Positions 50,023 through 60,848 of a stretch of DNA of 64,000 nt are shown in pieces. Source of the DNA: Calditrichales bacterium (lineage in GTDB: Bacteria; Calditrichota; Calditrichia; Calditrichales; J004); assembly GCA_965267575.1 (NCBI GenBank), contig OZ254086.1, positions 3,296,001 through 3,360,000 of the forward strand, given 5' to 3'. A program made the position numbers and the translations under genes. The notes under the pieces were generated by a model. The model had not been told where the DNA came from. It did no database searches and saw nothing but the letters and a program-made list of their open reading frames with translations. The stretch's first letter is position 1; every line of letters starts with the position of its first letter.

Positions 50023-51204
50023 TTGCGCCCTATTCTGATGCTCGTTTTTGGTTTGATTCTTGGCTTCCTGTTGTACGGCGCGCTGGACAGCAGCGAAGAA
50101 AATACGGCACTCACAGGTCCTGCCGCTCAGCAGGCGACGGCTTTTGATACGGCCAACGCTTATACGCCCGCCGGGCAGAGTATTGATACAGGACGGGAAA
50201 CGGCCATTACGCGTGCCGTAAATCGCGTGGAACCGGCCGTTGTATCCATCAACGTGATTACAACTGTAACACGTTCCCGCGGCTATGGCGATCCTTTTCT
50301 TCGACGCTTTTTCCCGGACATTTTTCGTGACCGGATTTATCAGCAGAATGTTGAGTCGATTGGTTCAGGGTTTATTATTTCCCAAGACGGCTATGTTGTT
50401 ACAAACGAGCACGTAAGCAAAGACGAAAACAGCAAAATTACAGTCACAACTGCAGATGGCGAAGAACATCCGGCCAAGCTGGTCGGCAGTGATGTTATGT
50501 CCGATATCGCATTGCTGAAAATTGAGGGCAATAGCTTTACACCTGTAAATTTTGGTGATTCCGATGACCTGATAATCGGCGAGTGGGTAATCGCGCTTGG
50601 CAATCCTTTTGGGCTGTTTAAGCGAAAAAAACCTACGGTAACCGTCGGTGTAATCAGCGCTACAGAGCGTAATCTCGGCAATGTAAATAATCGCATTTAT
50701 CTGGATATGATACAAACCGACGCGGCTATCAACACCGGGAACAGCGGCGGTCCCTTGTGTAATGCGCACGGCGAAGTAATTGGTATGAATACCCTTATTT
50801 TTAGCGATAATGCCGGCGGCAACGTGGGTATTGGTTTCGCCATCCCCATAAACAGGGTCAAATCGATTGTGGCCGAGCTGAAAGAAAACAAAAAGATAGA
50901 GCGCGATTTCTGGGTTGGTATTTATTACAGGCCTTTTGGGCCTAACGTTGCGCGTGAGATGGGCTACGCTGAAGATCGCGGGATATATGTTTCGCAGCTG
51001 TTGCGCGGTAGCCCCGCCGTGAAAGCCGGCGTCCAATTGGGCGATATCGTGGTGGCCATAAACGGCATAAAGGTGGAAGACGAAAAATCGGTTGAGACGG
51101 CGATGTCATCAAAATACCTGCGTGTGGGAGATATTCTTCCTGTGCGCGTCTGGCGGGACGGCCGCTACGTTGACCTGGAAATAAAACTTGAAAAGCAGAG
51201 ATAA
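50023..51204 (+). CDS. HtrA/DegP-family serine protease with one PDZ domain
   Basis: GSGFII, TNEHV, DIALLKI, IQTDAAINTGNSGGPL. Confidence 0.94.
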   Translation: MRPILMLVFGLILGFLLYGALDSSEENTALTGPAAQQATAFDTANAYTPAGQSIDTGRETAITRAVNRVEPAVVSINVITTVTRSRGYGDPFLRRFFPDIFRDRIYQQNVESIGSGFIISQDGYVVTNEHVSKDENSKITVTTADGEEHPAKLVGSDVMSDIALLKIEGNSFTPVNFGDSDDLIIGEWVIALGNPFGLFKRKKPTVTVGVISATERNLGNVNNRIYLDMIQTDAAINTGNSGGPLCNAHGEVIGMNTLIFSDNAGGNVGIGFAIPINRVKSIVAELKENKKIERDFWVGIYYRPFGPNVAREMGYAEDRGIYVSQLLRGSPAVKAGVQLGDIVVAINGIKVEDEKSVETAMSSKYLRVGDILPVRVWRDGRYVDLEIKLEKQR

Positions 51205-51206
51205 CA

Positions 51207-52502
51207 GTGATAGCACGATACGCCTTACCTGAAATTGAAAAAATCTGGTCCGATGAAGAACGCTTCTCCATCTGGCTGGATATTGAAATTGCTGCCTGCG
51301 AGGCCAACAGCAGACTGGGGATTGTATCCCAGGATGATCTGAACACCATCAAAAAGAAAGCGGCCTTCAGCACAGAACGCATTCTCGAAATTGAAGAAGA
51401 AGTAAAACATGACGTGATCGCCTTCCTGACCAACGTCGCTGAATATGTTGGACCAGCCGCCCGCTACATCCACTATGGTCTTACTTCCTCAGATATCCTG
51501 GACACGGCGCTGGCTGTTCAGATGGTGCGTTCCGGACAGATGATCCTGGCCGAAGTAAGCGAACTGCAAAACGTAGTGGGGCGCCGTGCATTGGAGTTTA
51601 AAAACAGCATCATGATTGGCCGTACCCATGGCGTACACGCAGAGCCGATCACTTTTGGCTTTAAGCTGGCCGTCTGGTACGATGAACTGGGCCGCCAGAA
51701 AAGACGCCTGGAAGATGCCATTGAGAGTGTACGGGTGGGACAAATATCCGGGGCTGTCGGCACCTACGATCATCTTGATCCCAATGTGCAGGATTATGTG
51801 TGCGAGAAAATGGGTCTGCAGTCGGCAAAAATTTCCACGCAGGTGCTGCAGCGTGACCGTCACGCACATTTCATGAACACGCTGGCCCTGGTTGGCGGCA
51901 CGCTGGAAAAAATGGCCGTTGAGATACGCCACATGCAGCGCACGGAGGTGCTGGAAGCCGAAGAGAATTTCAGCAAGGGACAGAAGGGTTCATCGGCCAT
52001 GCCGCATAAAAAGAACCCAATTGTATGTGAAAGGTTGACCGGTATGGCGCGTCTGCTGCGGGCCAACGCCCATGCCGCGCTGGAAAATATTGCACTCTGG
52101 CATGAGCGCGATATTTCGCACTCTTCCGTGGAGCGTGTTATCCTGCCGGACAGTACGATGCTTTTGTATTATATGCTTAAAAAATCCATCGACCTGATCG
52201 CCAATTTGAAAGTGCATGAAGATAACATGAAGCGTAACCTGGAAAGCACGGGCGGGTTATTCAGTTCTCAGGTGGTACTGCTGGCACTGACTCGAAAAGG
52301 TATCTCCCGCGAAGAAGCCTACCGAATGGTGCAGCGCAGTGCCATGAAAGTCTGGGACGAAAAGCTGCAGTTCAGCGACGTACTTAAAAAGGACAAAGAG
52401 CTGATGGATGTTCTTTCTGACAGTGAGATCGATGAATTGTGCGACAGTGGCAACCGTCTCTCGCGCATGGATGATATTTTTAAAAAAGTGGGATTGGAGT
52501 AA
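51207..52502 (+). CDS. purB: Adenylosuccinate lyase
   Basis: HDVIAF, HYGLTSSD, GRTHGVHAEP, GSSAMPHKKNP. Confidence 0.98.
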   Translation: MIARYALPEIEKIWSDEERFSIWLDIEIAACEANSRLGIVSQDDLNTIKKKAAFSTERILEIEEEVKHDVIAFLTNVAEYVGPAARYIHYGLTSSDILDTALAVQMVRSGQMILAEVSELQNVVGRRALEFKNSIMIGRTHGVHAEPITFGFKLAVWYDELGRQKRRLEDAIESVRVGQISGAVGTYDHLDPNVQDYVCEKMGLQSAKISTQVLQRDRHAHFMNTLALVGGTLEKMAVEIRHMQRTEVLEAEENFSKGQKGSSAMPHKKNPIVCERLTGMARLLRANAHAALENIALWHERDISHSSVERVILPDSTMLLYYMLKKSIDLIANLKVHEDNMKRNLESTGGLFSSQVVLLALTRKGISREEAYRMVQRSAMKVWDEKLQFSDVLKKDKELMDVLSDSEIDELCDSGNRLSRMDDIFKKVGLE

Positions 52503-52507
52503 AGAAA

Positions 52508-53218
52508 ATGGCTCCCGTCAAAAAGAACCTTCTCTATGAAGGCAAAGCCAAACGTGTTTACGCAACGGATGATGAAAATCTTGTCATCCAGGAGTTTAAA
52601 GACGATGCGACAGCATTTGATGGCAAGAAAAAAGGCACCATCGTTGCCAAAGGCGAAGTCAACAACCAGGTGGCGTCGCACTTGTTCGGCTACCTTGAAG
52701 GCAAAGGCATACCCACGCATTTTGTTGAGCGTTTAAGCAATCGCGAAATGCTTATTAAGCGGCTGCAGATTTTGCCTGTGGAAGTTGTTGTACGCAATGT
52801 GACGGCCGGAAGCTTTTGCAGACGCTATAAGGTTAAAGAGGCCATGGTCCTAAAGTACCCGATCATGGAATTCTTCCTCAAAAATGACGACCTGGGTGAC
52901 CCGCTTATCGCCGAATCGATGATCTATGCCATGGAGTGGGCCACCCGTGAAGAGATGCAGGAAGTGATAAAACTGACCGAAGCCATTAATACCCACTTAA
53001 GCGCCTTCTTTGAAGAACGGAAGATTAAGCTGGTAGACTTTAAGCTTGAGTTCGGCCGCCACCGGGGGAAAATCCTGCTTGGTGATGAGATCTCACCCGA
53101 TACCTGCCGTTTATGGGATATGGAGACATCCGAGAAGCTTGACAAAGACCGCTTCCGCTTTGACCTTGGTAACGTGGAAGGCGCCTACAGGGAAATTTTA
53201 AAAAGAGTGACTGAATAA
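52508..53218 (+). CDS. purC: SAICAR synthetase
   Basis: YEGKAKR, FKDDATAF, LVDFKLEFG, DEISPDTCRLWD. Confidence 0.98.
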   Translation: MAPVKKNLLYEGKAKRVYATDDENLVIQEFKDDATAFDGKKKGTIVAKGEVNNQVASHLFGYLEGKGIPTHFVERLSNREMLIKRLQILPVEVVVRNVTAGSFCRRYKVKEAMVLKYPIMEFFLKNDDLGDPLIAESMIYAMEWATREEMQEVIKLTEAINTHLSAFFEERKIKLVDFKLEFGRHRGKILLGDEISPDTCRLWDMETSEKLDKDRFRFDLGNVEGAYREILKRVTE

Positions 53219-53230
53219 GAGAGGATAAAA

Positions 53231-53875
53231 ATGATTGCCCGTGAAGGCTGGCCTGTCATTATAGTAACCGCTTTATTAGCGATTGCCTTATTTGTGATAT
53301 ATACATTTACGGATTCTGCTGTTTTTTATGCTCTGTTCTGGGTAATGACAGCGCTTGTGACTTTCCATTTTTTCTTTTTCCGCGATCCGGACCGCGCAAC
53401 ACCCCAGGGAGATAACCTGATCGTTGCTCCGGCGGATGGTACGATTGTAAAGATAGAAGAAGTTGAAGAGCCCGATTATTTTCAGGGCAAAGTTCAGAAA
53501 GTTTCCATTTTTCTTTCGGTTTTTAACGTTCACGTGAACCGTTTCCCGGTGAGTGGCAAGGTTGACCTGGTGGATTACAAAAAAGGCCGTTTTGTGGCTG
53601 CTTTTGCTGACGACGCCTCCCATGCCAATGAACAATCGATCATCGGTATCAATTCTCCTAAAGGAAAAGTATTGTTTAAGCAGATTGCCGGACTGATTGC
53701 ACGCCGTATCATTTATCATGTGCAAAAAGGCGATGACGTAAAAGGCGGCGCCCGCTTTGGTTTGATCCGCTATGGTTCGCGCGTGGATATGTTCTTTCCG
53801 CTGGATGTTAAGCTGCATGTCAGGCTAAAAGATAAGGTGCGCTGCGGCTCCACCGTGATCGGGGAGTTTGTGTGA
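53231..53875 (+). CDS. psd: Phosphatidylserine decarboxylase proenzyme
   Basis: FFRDPDR, APADG, SVFNVHVNR, QIAGLIARRI, YGSRVD. Confidence 0.95.
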   Translation: MIAREGWPVIIVTALLAIALFVIYTFTDSAVFYALFWVMTALVTFHFFFFRDPDRATPQGDNLIVAPADGTIVKIEEVEEPDYFQGKVQKVSIFLSVFNVHVNRFPVSGKVDLVDYKKGRFVAAFADDASHANEQSIIGINSPKGKVLFKQIAGLIARRIIYHVQKGDDVKGGARFGLIRYGSRVDMFFPLDVKLHVRLKDKVRCGSTVIGEFV

Positions 53876-54624
53876 TACGCATTTCCCGCTCCGTTGTCCC
53901 CAACTTTTTTACTGTCGGCAATATGTTCGCCGGCTACATGTCTATTCTGTTCGCAGTCTACCAGCAGAATACGGTTCTGGCGGCCTGGATGATCGTGCTT
54001 GCCGCTTTCCTCGATGCCATCGACGGCAAGATCGCTCGCATTACCAATTCATCCAGTAAGTTTGGCGTGGAATACGATTCCCTCGCCGATGTCGTCAGCT
54101 TTGGTGCCGCGCCCTCTGTGCTGATCTATGAATTCTACTTTCAGAGCATGGACCTTGAGATGGTGGCCATGCTGCTCAGTTTTTTCCCGTTGCTGTTTGG
54201 CAGCATTAGGCTGGCGCGCTTTAACGTGGAATTAACCGGATTTACAAAAACACATTTCAACGGCTTGCCTTCGCCGATGTCGGCAATCTCTCTGGCCAGC
54301 TTTGTATTGTTTATCAATCACTTTTTTGAAGGCTATGTGCAGCCGCGTATCATTATTTTCCTGACACTGCTCGTTTCGCTGTTGATGGTCAGCAATGTGC
54401 GTTACAGCGTTTTTCCGCAGCTCAGCTTTCGCGGCGATCTGAAGCAAAAGATCATTTTTGCGGGATTAATTGTCACAGGTATTTTGATCTTTTTCTTCCC
54501 GTACATGTTATTATTTCCGATGATGATGATTTACGTGATGGGCGGCCTGGTTTACAGCCTTTTTAAGCGGGCGCAAGCCAGCGCGCGTTACCAGCGTATT
54601 ATAGAAAAAAGAAAAAAACAGTAA
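53872..54624 (+). CDS. pssA: CDP-diacylglycerol--serine O-phosphatidyltransferase
   Basis: PNFFT, DAIDGKIAR...SSKFGVEYDSLADVVSFG, IRLARFN, FNGLPSP. Confidence 0.93.
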   Translation: MIRISRSVVPNFFTVGNMFAGYMSILFAVYQQNTVLAAWMIVLAAFLDAIDGKIARITNSSSKFGVEYDSLADVVSFGAAPSVLIYEFYFQSMDLEMVAMLLSFFPLLFGSIRLARFNVELTGFTKTHFNGLPSPMSAISLASFVLFINHFFEGYVQPRIIIFLTLLVSLLMVSNVRYSVFPQLSFRGDLKQKIIFAGLIVTGILIFFFPYMLLFPMMMIYVMGGLVYSLFKRAQASARYQRIIEKRKKQ

Positions 54625-54637
54625 AGGCAGGTGCTTT

Positions 54638-54883
54638 ATGTTTGGCATAGGTACAACAGAACTTATCGTCATTCTGTTTATTATTTTGCTTGTCTTCGGC
54701 TCCAAAAAGCTTCCCGAATTGGCTCGGGGGCTGGGCCGCGGTATTAATGAGTTTCGCCGTGCATCGCAGGAGATCCAGAACGAACTCGATATCAGTGGTA
54801 ACCTGAAAGATAAGCCCGCGCAACCGTCAAAGGGCGAGAACAAGGAACAAAAGGATACGGACAAAGAAGCAAAAGGAGAATAA
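54638..54883 (+). CDS. tatA: Twin-arginine translocase TatA/TatE
   Basis: GIGTTEL, FGSKKLPELARGLGRGINEFRR. Confidence 0.95.
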   Translation: MFGIGTTELIVILFIILLVFGSKKLPELARGLGRGINEFRRASQEIQNELDISGNLKDKPAQPSKGENKEQKDTDKEAKGE

Positions 54884-56304
54884 TGACGGCCAGGGACGTT
54901 GTCGGTAAAATTAAAAAAGGCGAGTTGTCCGCACTTGAGCATCTGAACGCATACCTTGACCAAAGCGAAAAACGTAAGAACCTGAATGCATTTGTCCGTC
55001 TTCTGCCGGAGCGGGCGCAGCAACGGGCGCGCGATATAGATGAACGTATTAGGGATGGCAAAACCACCGGCTCACTGGCCGGTTTGGTTGTGGCCGTCAA
55101 AGATAATATCTGCATCAAGGATGAGGTGACAACTTGCGGCAGCAAGATACTCGAAGCTTACCGCTCGGCTTTTAGCGCTACGGTTGTTGAAAAACTGGAA
55201 GTACAGGACGCGGTCATTATCGGCAAAACAAACCTGGATGAATTCGCCATGGGCTCATCGAATGAGAATTCCGCCCACGGAGTGGTAAAAAATCCTTTTG
55301 ATGAAAGCAAAGTTCCCGGTGGCTCCAGCGGCGGTTCGGCCGTTGCTGTGGCCGCCGGTATGTGCGACGTAGCCCTCGGTAGCGAAACCGGTGGCTCTAT
55401 CCGTCAGCCGGCCTCTTTTACAAACACTGTAGGTGTAAAGCCCAGCTACGGCCGTGTTTCCCGCTACGGTCTGGTCGCTTTCGCTTCTTCCCTGGATCAG
55501 ATCGGCGTTTTTGCCTCAAATTCTGCGGATGCAGCTTTCGTATTGCAGCATATTGCCGGACACGATGAGCGGGATTCCACGTCGGCGCTGATAGACGTGC
55601 CGGACTATGCCACGCTTTTGTCGGGTGACATTAGCGGACTGCGTATTGGCGTACCAAAAGAGTATTTTGCACACGGCCTGGATGAGGAAATCAAAAAAGG
55701 TGTCTTAAAAATTACGGACGGGCTGGCCAAAAGAGGAGCCAGCGTAAAAGAGATATCCCTCCCTGTTTCCGATTACGCCATTGCCATGTACTACATTATC
55801 TGTACCGCGGAGGCTTCTTCCAATCTGGCCCGTTACGACGGCGTGCGCTATGGCATGCGCGTGGATTCCGGGCAGGGTTTGCATGACATGTATGCCGCTA
55901 CGCGGAGTGAGGGCTTTGGCGACGAAGTGCGCAGGCGCATCATGCTTGGTACCTATGTGCTCAGCGCGGGCTACTACGACGCATACTACAAAAAAGCGCT
56001 GCAGGCCCGTCGTCTTCTGAAACAGCAATTTGACAAGGCTTTCAGCGATGTCGATATCATAGCATCACCCACCACGCCCACGACGGCATTTGCAATCGGC
56101 GAAAAATCGGACGATCCGCTGGAAATGTATCTTTCCGATATTTATACCGTTTCGGCCAACCTGGCCGGTATCTGCGGCATCAGCGTGCCGGCGGGCAAAC
56201 ACTCCAACGGCCTGCCTTTTGGCATTCAGCTTCAGGCGGCGGCCTTTAACGAGGGAACGCTTTTTAAGACAGCCCATTTAATCGAAACCCAGGTTACAAT
56301 CTGA
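54883..56304 (+). CDS. gatA: Asp/Glu-tRNA amidotransferase subunit A
   Basis: [55 protein letters not shown]. Confidence 0.98.
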   Translation: MTARDVVGKIKKGELSALEHLNAYLDQSEKRKNLNAFVRLLPERAQQRARDIDERIRDGKTTGSLAGLVVAVKDNICIKDEVTTCGSKILEAYRSAFSATVVEKLEVQDAVIIGKTNLDEFAMGSSNENSAHGVVKNPFDESKVPGGSSGGSAVAVAAGMCDVALGSETGGSIRQPASFTNTVGVKPSYGRVSRYGLVAFASSLDQIGVFASNSADAAFVLQHIAGHDERDSTSALIDVPDYATLLSGDISGLRIGVPKEYFAHGLDEEIKKGVLKITDGLAKRGASVKEISLPVSDYAIAMYYIICTAEASSNLARYDGVRYGMRVDSGQGLHDMYAATRSEGFGDEVRRRIMLGTYVLSAGYYDAYYKKALQARRLLKQQFDKAFSDVDIIASPTTPTTAFAIGEKSDDPLEMYLSDIYTVSANLAGICGISVPAGKHSNGLPFGIQLQAAAFNEGTLFKTAHLIETQVTI

Positions 56305-56314
56305 AATACAGCTT

Positions 56315-57751
56315 ATGAAATACGAAGTGGTTATCGGACTGGAAGTTCACGCTCAACTCTCCACGGAAACGAAAATATTTTGCTCTTGCAGCACAAAATT
56401 CGGGGCCGCGCCCAACAGCCAGGTTTGTCCGGTCTGTCTGGGCATGCCGGGGGTTTTACCGGTATTGAATAAGAAAGTGGTTGAGTATGCTTTGTTGATG
56501 GGGCTGGCCACGGATTCGGAAATTACCCGGCTGAACCGTTTTGCCCGCAAAAACTATTTTTACCCCGATCTGCCCAAAGGCTACCAGATCTCGCAGTTTG
56601 AAGAACCGATCTGTCAGAATGGTCATGTTATGATACAGGTGGAAGGAGAGCAAAAACGCATTGGTGTTACACGCATACATATGGAAGAAGATGCCGGCAA
56701 GTCCGTGCATGACGAAAGCTATGTCAACCGCGATGAAACGCTGATTGACCTTAACCGTTGCGGCGTCCCGCTTATCGAGATTGTCAGCGAGCCCGATCTG
56801 CGCAGTGCGGCTGAGGCGGCGGCTTATGTTACAAAGCTGCGCCAGCTTGTGCGCTACCTGGGTATCTGCGACGGCAACATGGAAGAGGGAAGCCTGCGCT
56901 GCGACGCCAATATCAGTCTGCGCCCCTACGGCCAAAAAGAATTTGGCACCAAAACCGAATTAAAAAATATGAACTCCATCCGCAATGTGGAAAAAGCGCT
57001 GGAATATGAAATTGAACGTCAGCGCCTGCTGCTGGAAGAAGACGGAGAAGTGGTGCAGGAAACGTTGCTTTGGGACCCGCAAAAAAATATGGCGAAAAGC
57101 ATGCGCGGCAAGGAGGATTCACACGACTACCGTTATTTCCCCGATCCCGACCTGGTGCCGTTGAAAATCAGCCAGGAGTGGCTGAATGCGATTAGGGAGC
57201 GGCTTCCGGAACTGCCTGACGCGCGTCGTGAGCGCTTTGTTAAATCCTACGAGCTGCCCGAGTATGACGCTGAGGTACTGACGGCTTCCATCGATGTAGC
57301 TGATTATTTTGAAGCCGTTTGCAAACATTTCAACAATCCCAAAACGGTGAGCAACTGGGTCATGGGTGAAATACTGCGCCACATGAAGGAATCCGGCCGG
57401 GAAATCGCCGCCATTAAGGTTACACCGCAAAGACTTGGTGACTTGTTACAGGCAGTCGACAGCGGCGCCATCAGCGGAAGCGCCGCCAAAACGGTTTTTG
57501 AGAAAATGACGGATAGCGACGATTCGGTAGAAGCTTTGATTGATAAACTGGGTTTGAAGCAGATATCGGACAGCAACGAACTGGAAGACCTGGTGGAAAA
57601 AATCCTTGCAGAAAACGCCGAAGAGGCCGAGCGTTTGCGCGGTGGCGAAAAAAAGCTGCTTGGTTTTTTTGTAGGCCAGGCCATGAAAGCCTCTAAGGGA
57701 AAAGCCGACCCCAAGCAGGTAAACAAGATTCTACAGGCAAAAACAAGCTAG
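56315..57751 (+). CDS. gatB: Asp/Glu-tRNA amidotransferase subunit B
   Basis: [45 protein letters not shown]. Confidence 0.98.
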   Translation: MKYEVVIGLEVHAQLSTETKIFCSCSTKFGAAPNSQVCPVCLGMPGVLPVLNKKVVEYALLMGLATDSEITRLNRFARKNYFYPDLPKGYQISQFEEPICQNGHVMIQVEGEQKRIGVTRIHMEEDAGKSVHDESYVNRDETLIDLNRCGVPLIEIVSEPDLRSAAEAAAYVTKLRQLVRYLGICDGNMEEGSLRCDANISLRPYGQKEFGTKTELKNMNSIRNVEKALEYEIERQRLLLEEDGEVVQETLLWDPQKNMAKSMRGKEDSHDYRYFPDPDLVPLKISQEWLNAIRERLPELPDARRERFVKSYELPEYDAEVLTASIDVADYFEAVCKHFNNPKTVSNWVMGEILRHMKESGREIAAIKVTPQRLGDLLQAVDSGAISGSAAKTVFEKMTDSDDSVEALIDKLGLKQISDSNELEDLVEKILAENAEEAERLRGGEKKLLGFFVGQAMKASKGKADPKQVNKILQAKTS

Positions 57752-57755
57752 CCCT

Positions 57756-58451
57756 ATGCGGAAGCTTCTTCTTATGCTGCTTTGTGCTGCAGGACTCTGC
57801 GCCCAAAGTGTAAGCGACAGCCTCTCAGCCGACAGTTTGCGGCAACGACTGTTCAGCGGCGATTCGCTCTCTTTTCAAACCATAGCACCTGCTCAAAAGC
57901 TGCCCCAAAACCTGGTCCGCCCGCAAGCACCGCGCAGCCCGCTGGATATCGATAGGCGCGGAAGCTCCTTTTATACACCACGCTACGTTCAGGACAAAAT
58001 GGATGTTATCATGAACAGGCCACGCAGCGATTCCTTTGTGCCCATTTTTCCGATGGCTGTGATTGTAGCGCGCATTGCCATGAGCCAGATCGATGTGGAC
58101 AAGCTGTTTGAGCCTTCGGCCCGTGACTACATCATGCCTGATTCCACCTGGCAGGTTTTGGAATTGCTTTGGGAAAAATCTCCACAGACCATTGAGACAA
58201 TCTACCCCGAATTAAAAACGGATAAGCCGCAAACCGCGCGAAATTTGGAAAAACAACTGGCCCTGCTGGCTGAACGCGGTCTGCTTAAAACCCGCGTTGA
58301 TGAACAACCGCGGCGCGTCTGGTTTTTTCCAACACAAAAGCCGCAGGAAGCAGCAGCGTTATTACGGTCCGCTTTACGGGATTCTTCGTTGACTCCTGAT
58401 CAAATCAATAACATCAAAAAACGTCTTAGTGATTTCGGGGAGGGCCAATGA
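57756..58451 (+). CDS. Signal-peptide protein with C-terminal BlaI/MecI/CopY-like winged helix
   Basis: MRKLLLMLLCAAGLCA-Q signal; WQVLELLWEKSPQT...L..L.ERGLL....PRRVWFFP. Confidence 0.65.
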   Translation: MRKLLLMLLCAAGLCAQSVSDSLSADSLRQRLFSGDSLSFQTIAPAQKLPQNLVRPQAPRSPLDIDRRGSSFYTPRYVQDKMDVIMNRPRSDSFVPIFPMAVIVARIAMSQIDVDKLFEPSARDYIMPDSTWQVLELLWEKSPQTIETIYPELKTDKPQTARNLEKQLALLAERGLLKTRVDEQPRRVWFFPTQKPQEAAALLRSALRDSSLTPDQINNIKKRLSDFGEGQ

Positions 58452-59395
58452 TCCGGCCTTGCCTGATGGTGCACGGCGGTGCCTGGAACATCCCGCACAA
58501 GGCACACAAGGCCCACCTTTATGGTGTGGAAAAGGCGCTGCATGCCGGACGGGAACAGCTGGCGCGCAGTGATGATCCGTTAAAAGCGGTTATCGCGGCC
58601 ATTCACGTCCTTGAAGATGATCCGACTTTCGACGCCGGAACGGGTTCTTTCCTGAACCGCAATGCTGAAGTGGAGATGGATGCCGGGATTATGCTGGGCC
58701 GCGACCTGAGCTGTGGCGCCGTGGCGGCGATCCGCAATGTGCGCCACCCGGTGGATGCTGCAGAGTTGGTGCGAACGAAAACACAGCACGTGCTGCTGGT
58801 GGGGGAAGGGGTCTGCCAATTTGCCCGCGAGCAAAAGATGCCGCATACCGATACGGCCGAGCTGGTCGTGGGCCGCGAAAAGGAACTCTACCTCAAACTT
58901 ACAAAAATGAACAAAGTACGTATTAAATCTTTCTTTGAGCGACGCGACGCCATAACCCGCGGACGCGATACAGTGGGCTGCGTGGCCATAAACAGCAGGG
59001 GAGAAGTCGCTGCGGCCACATCAACGGGAGGCACGCCGTACAAACTGCCGGGCCGGGTTGGCGACAGTCCAATTCCGGGAGCGGGTTACTACGCCGATGA
59101 TGCGCTTGGCGCTGTATCATCCACCGGCTGGGGCGAAGGTATTTTGCGCGTTACCCTCGCACGGGACGCACTATTGCGCCTGCGGGATGGCGCTTCCGTG
59201 GAACAGGCGTTGCGCCGGGCGGTATCGGAAATGCAGGATAAAGTAGGCGGGGACGGTGGGCTGATTGCGATTGACCGCCATGGCAATCCGGCCTTTACCT
59301 TTAACACGCCTTACATGGCGGTTGGCCTGAGCAGCATTGAAAAAACAGAATTCGCCATCGTAGCCGGAAAAGATCATCCTTCATGTCTCTCCTGA
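58448..59395 (+). CDS. Isoaspartyl peptidase/L-asparaginase (Ntn hydrolase)
   Basis: HGGAW, LEDDPTFDAG, D/TVG cleavage site, TSTGG, GRVGDSP. Confidence 0.94.
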   Translation: MIRPCLMVHGGAWNIPHKAHKAHLYGVEKALHAGREQLARSDDPLKAVIAAIHVLEDDPTFDAGTGSFLNRNAEVEMDAGIMLGRDLSCGAVAAIRNVRHPVDAAELVRTKTQHVLLVGEGVCQFAREQKMPHTDTAELVVGREKELYLKLTKMNKVRIKSFFERRDAITRGRDTVGCVAINSRGEVAAATSTGGTPYKLPGRVGDSPIPGAGYYADDALGAVSSTGWGEGILRVTLARDALLRLRDGASVEQALRRAVSEMQDKVGGDGGLIAIDRHGNPAFTFNTPYMAVGLSSIEKTEFAIVAGKDHPSCLS

Positions 59396-60237
59396 ATTAC
59401 TGCCGTCTTGTTCGCCCGCTTAATGTAATTATCGCCTTTTTATCCGTGCTGATAGCGGCGGCTCTGTCGGTCAATTTTTCGTTTACGCTGCGTGTTCTGC
59501 TGGCGGCGTTGAGCGCTTCGCTTATAACCGCTGCTGCCAATGTGATCAATGATATTTTTGATATCGAGATCGATAAGATCAATCGTCCGCGCCGCATCCT
59601 TGCCTCGGGAAAACTGTCGCCCAAAGCAGCCATGCTTTTTTACCACCTGTTGGGGCTGGCCGGTTTGGCTTTGGCTTATGTGGGCGGATTGTATCTTTTC
59701 CTTATCGCGCTGCCGGTCCACATTCTGCTCTATTTTTACAGCGCCCGGTTTAAGGGAACCATTCTGGCAGGGAATTTTGTGGTAAGCCTGGTGACTGCAA
59801 CGGCGTTTTTATATGGCGCTTTGGCGGTAAACGATATCGCTGCCGGCATTTTTCCGGCCCTGTTCGCCTTCTTTTTTCATTTTGGCCGTGAGATCATCAA
59901 AGATATGCAGGACATCAGCGGCGATGTGCAGGGCGGCGCACTGACCTTTGCCGGAAAATTTGGCAAGAAAAACGCGACGGTTTTGGTCAATATATTATTT
60001 CTGTTTTTGACGTTTTTGCTTTTCGTACCCTACGTTCAGGGTGTATATTCCATTTACTACCTGTGGATCGTTTTGCCCGGTGTGGCCTTGGTTTTACTGG
60101 GTGTTTGTCTGCTTATGTGGTTTAAAAATGATTCGCTTTGGCTGGGCAGAATGAGTAGTTTACTCAAGGTAGATATGTTCATTGGACTAATCGCCATATA
60201 CGTTGGAAACCATTATGATCTTTTCATTAATTACTAA
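59383..60237 (+). CDS. UbiA-family prenyltransferase (DGGGP synthase-like)
   Basis: LVRPLN, NDIFDIEIDKINRP.R, REIIKDMQDISGD; multi-TM. Confidence 0.85.
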   Translation: MSLLNYCRLVRPLNVIIAFLSVLIAAALSVNFSFTLRVLLAALSASLITAAANVINDIFDIEIDKINRPRRILASGKLSPKAAMLFYHLLGLAGLALAYVGGLYLFLIALPVHILLYFYSARFKGTILAGNFVVSLVTATAFLYGALAVNDIAAGIFPALFAFFFHFGREIIKDMQDISGDVQGGALTFAGKFGKKNATVLVNILFLFLTFLLFVPYVQGVYSIYYLWIVLPGVALVLLGVCLLMWFKNDSLWLGRMSSLLKVDMFIGLIAIYVGNHYDLFINY

Positions 60238-60829
60238 TTTGGAACATCTTGATGTTGTGCTGGCATCGGCCTCTCCGCGGCGTTTTGAAATCCTCAGCCA
60301 AACCGGCATGACCTTCGTCGTAGAGCCCAGCGGCATCGATGAATCTGCATTTGAAACAAATGATGCGATCGTTTTTGCCAGTGAGGTAGCGCGGGCGAAA
60401 GGCCACAAAGTGGCGATGAAGCACCCGGAAAAGCTGGTTATTTCGGCCGATACGGTTGTGGTCTGCGATAATGAGATCATGGGCAAGCCTGTCGATCAAA
60501 AAGATGCTTACGGCATGTTGTCGCGCCTCTCCGGGAAAACGCACCTGGTTTATACAGCTTTTGGCCTTTTCCTGCAAAAATACGACAAGCAGGTATTGGC
60601 CCACGAGAGTACAGAAGTAGCCTTCAGAGAATTAAGCGATGAAGAAATTTGGGCGTACATCGGAACAGGTGAACCGGATGACAAGGCAGGCGCCTACGCG
60701 ATTCAGGGGCAGGGCGCTATGCTGGTGAAGGGGATCAACGGCTGTTTTTATAACGTAGTCGGCTTTCCGCTGACTAAATTTTTTACCACTCTGGATTTTT
60801 TTCTGCAGGGACTGGCCTTACACGAATGA
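60215..60829 (+). CDS. maf: Maf nucleoside triphosphate pyrophosphatase
   Basis: LASASPRR, SADTVV, GKP, DKAGAYAIQG, NVVGFP. Confidence 0.95.
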   Translation: MIFSLITNLEHLDVVLASASPRRFEILSQTGMTFVVEPSGIDESAFETNDAIVFASEVARAKGHKVAMKHPEKLVISADTVVVCDNEIMGKPVDQKDAYGMLSRLSGKTHLVYTAFGLFLQKYDKQVLAHESTEVAFRELSDEEIWAYIGTGEPDDKAGAYAIQGQGAMLVKGINGCFYNVVGFPLTKFFTTLDFFLQGLALHE

Positions 60830-60848
60830 AGAAACGAAAGATGAACTT

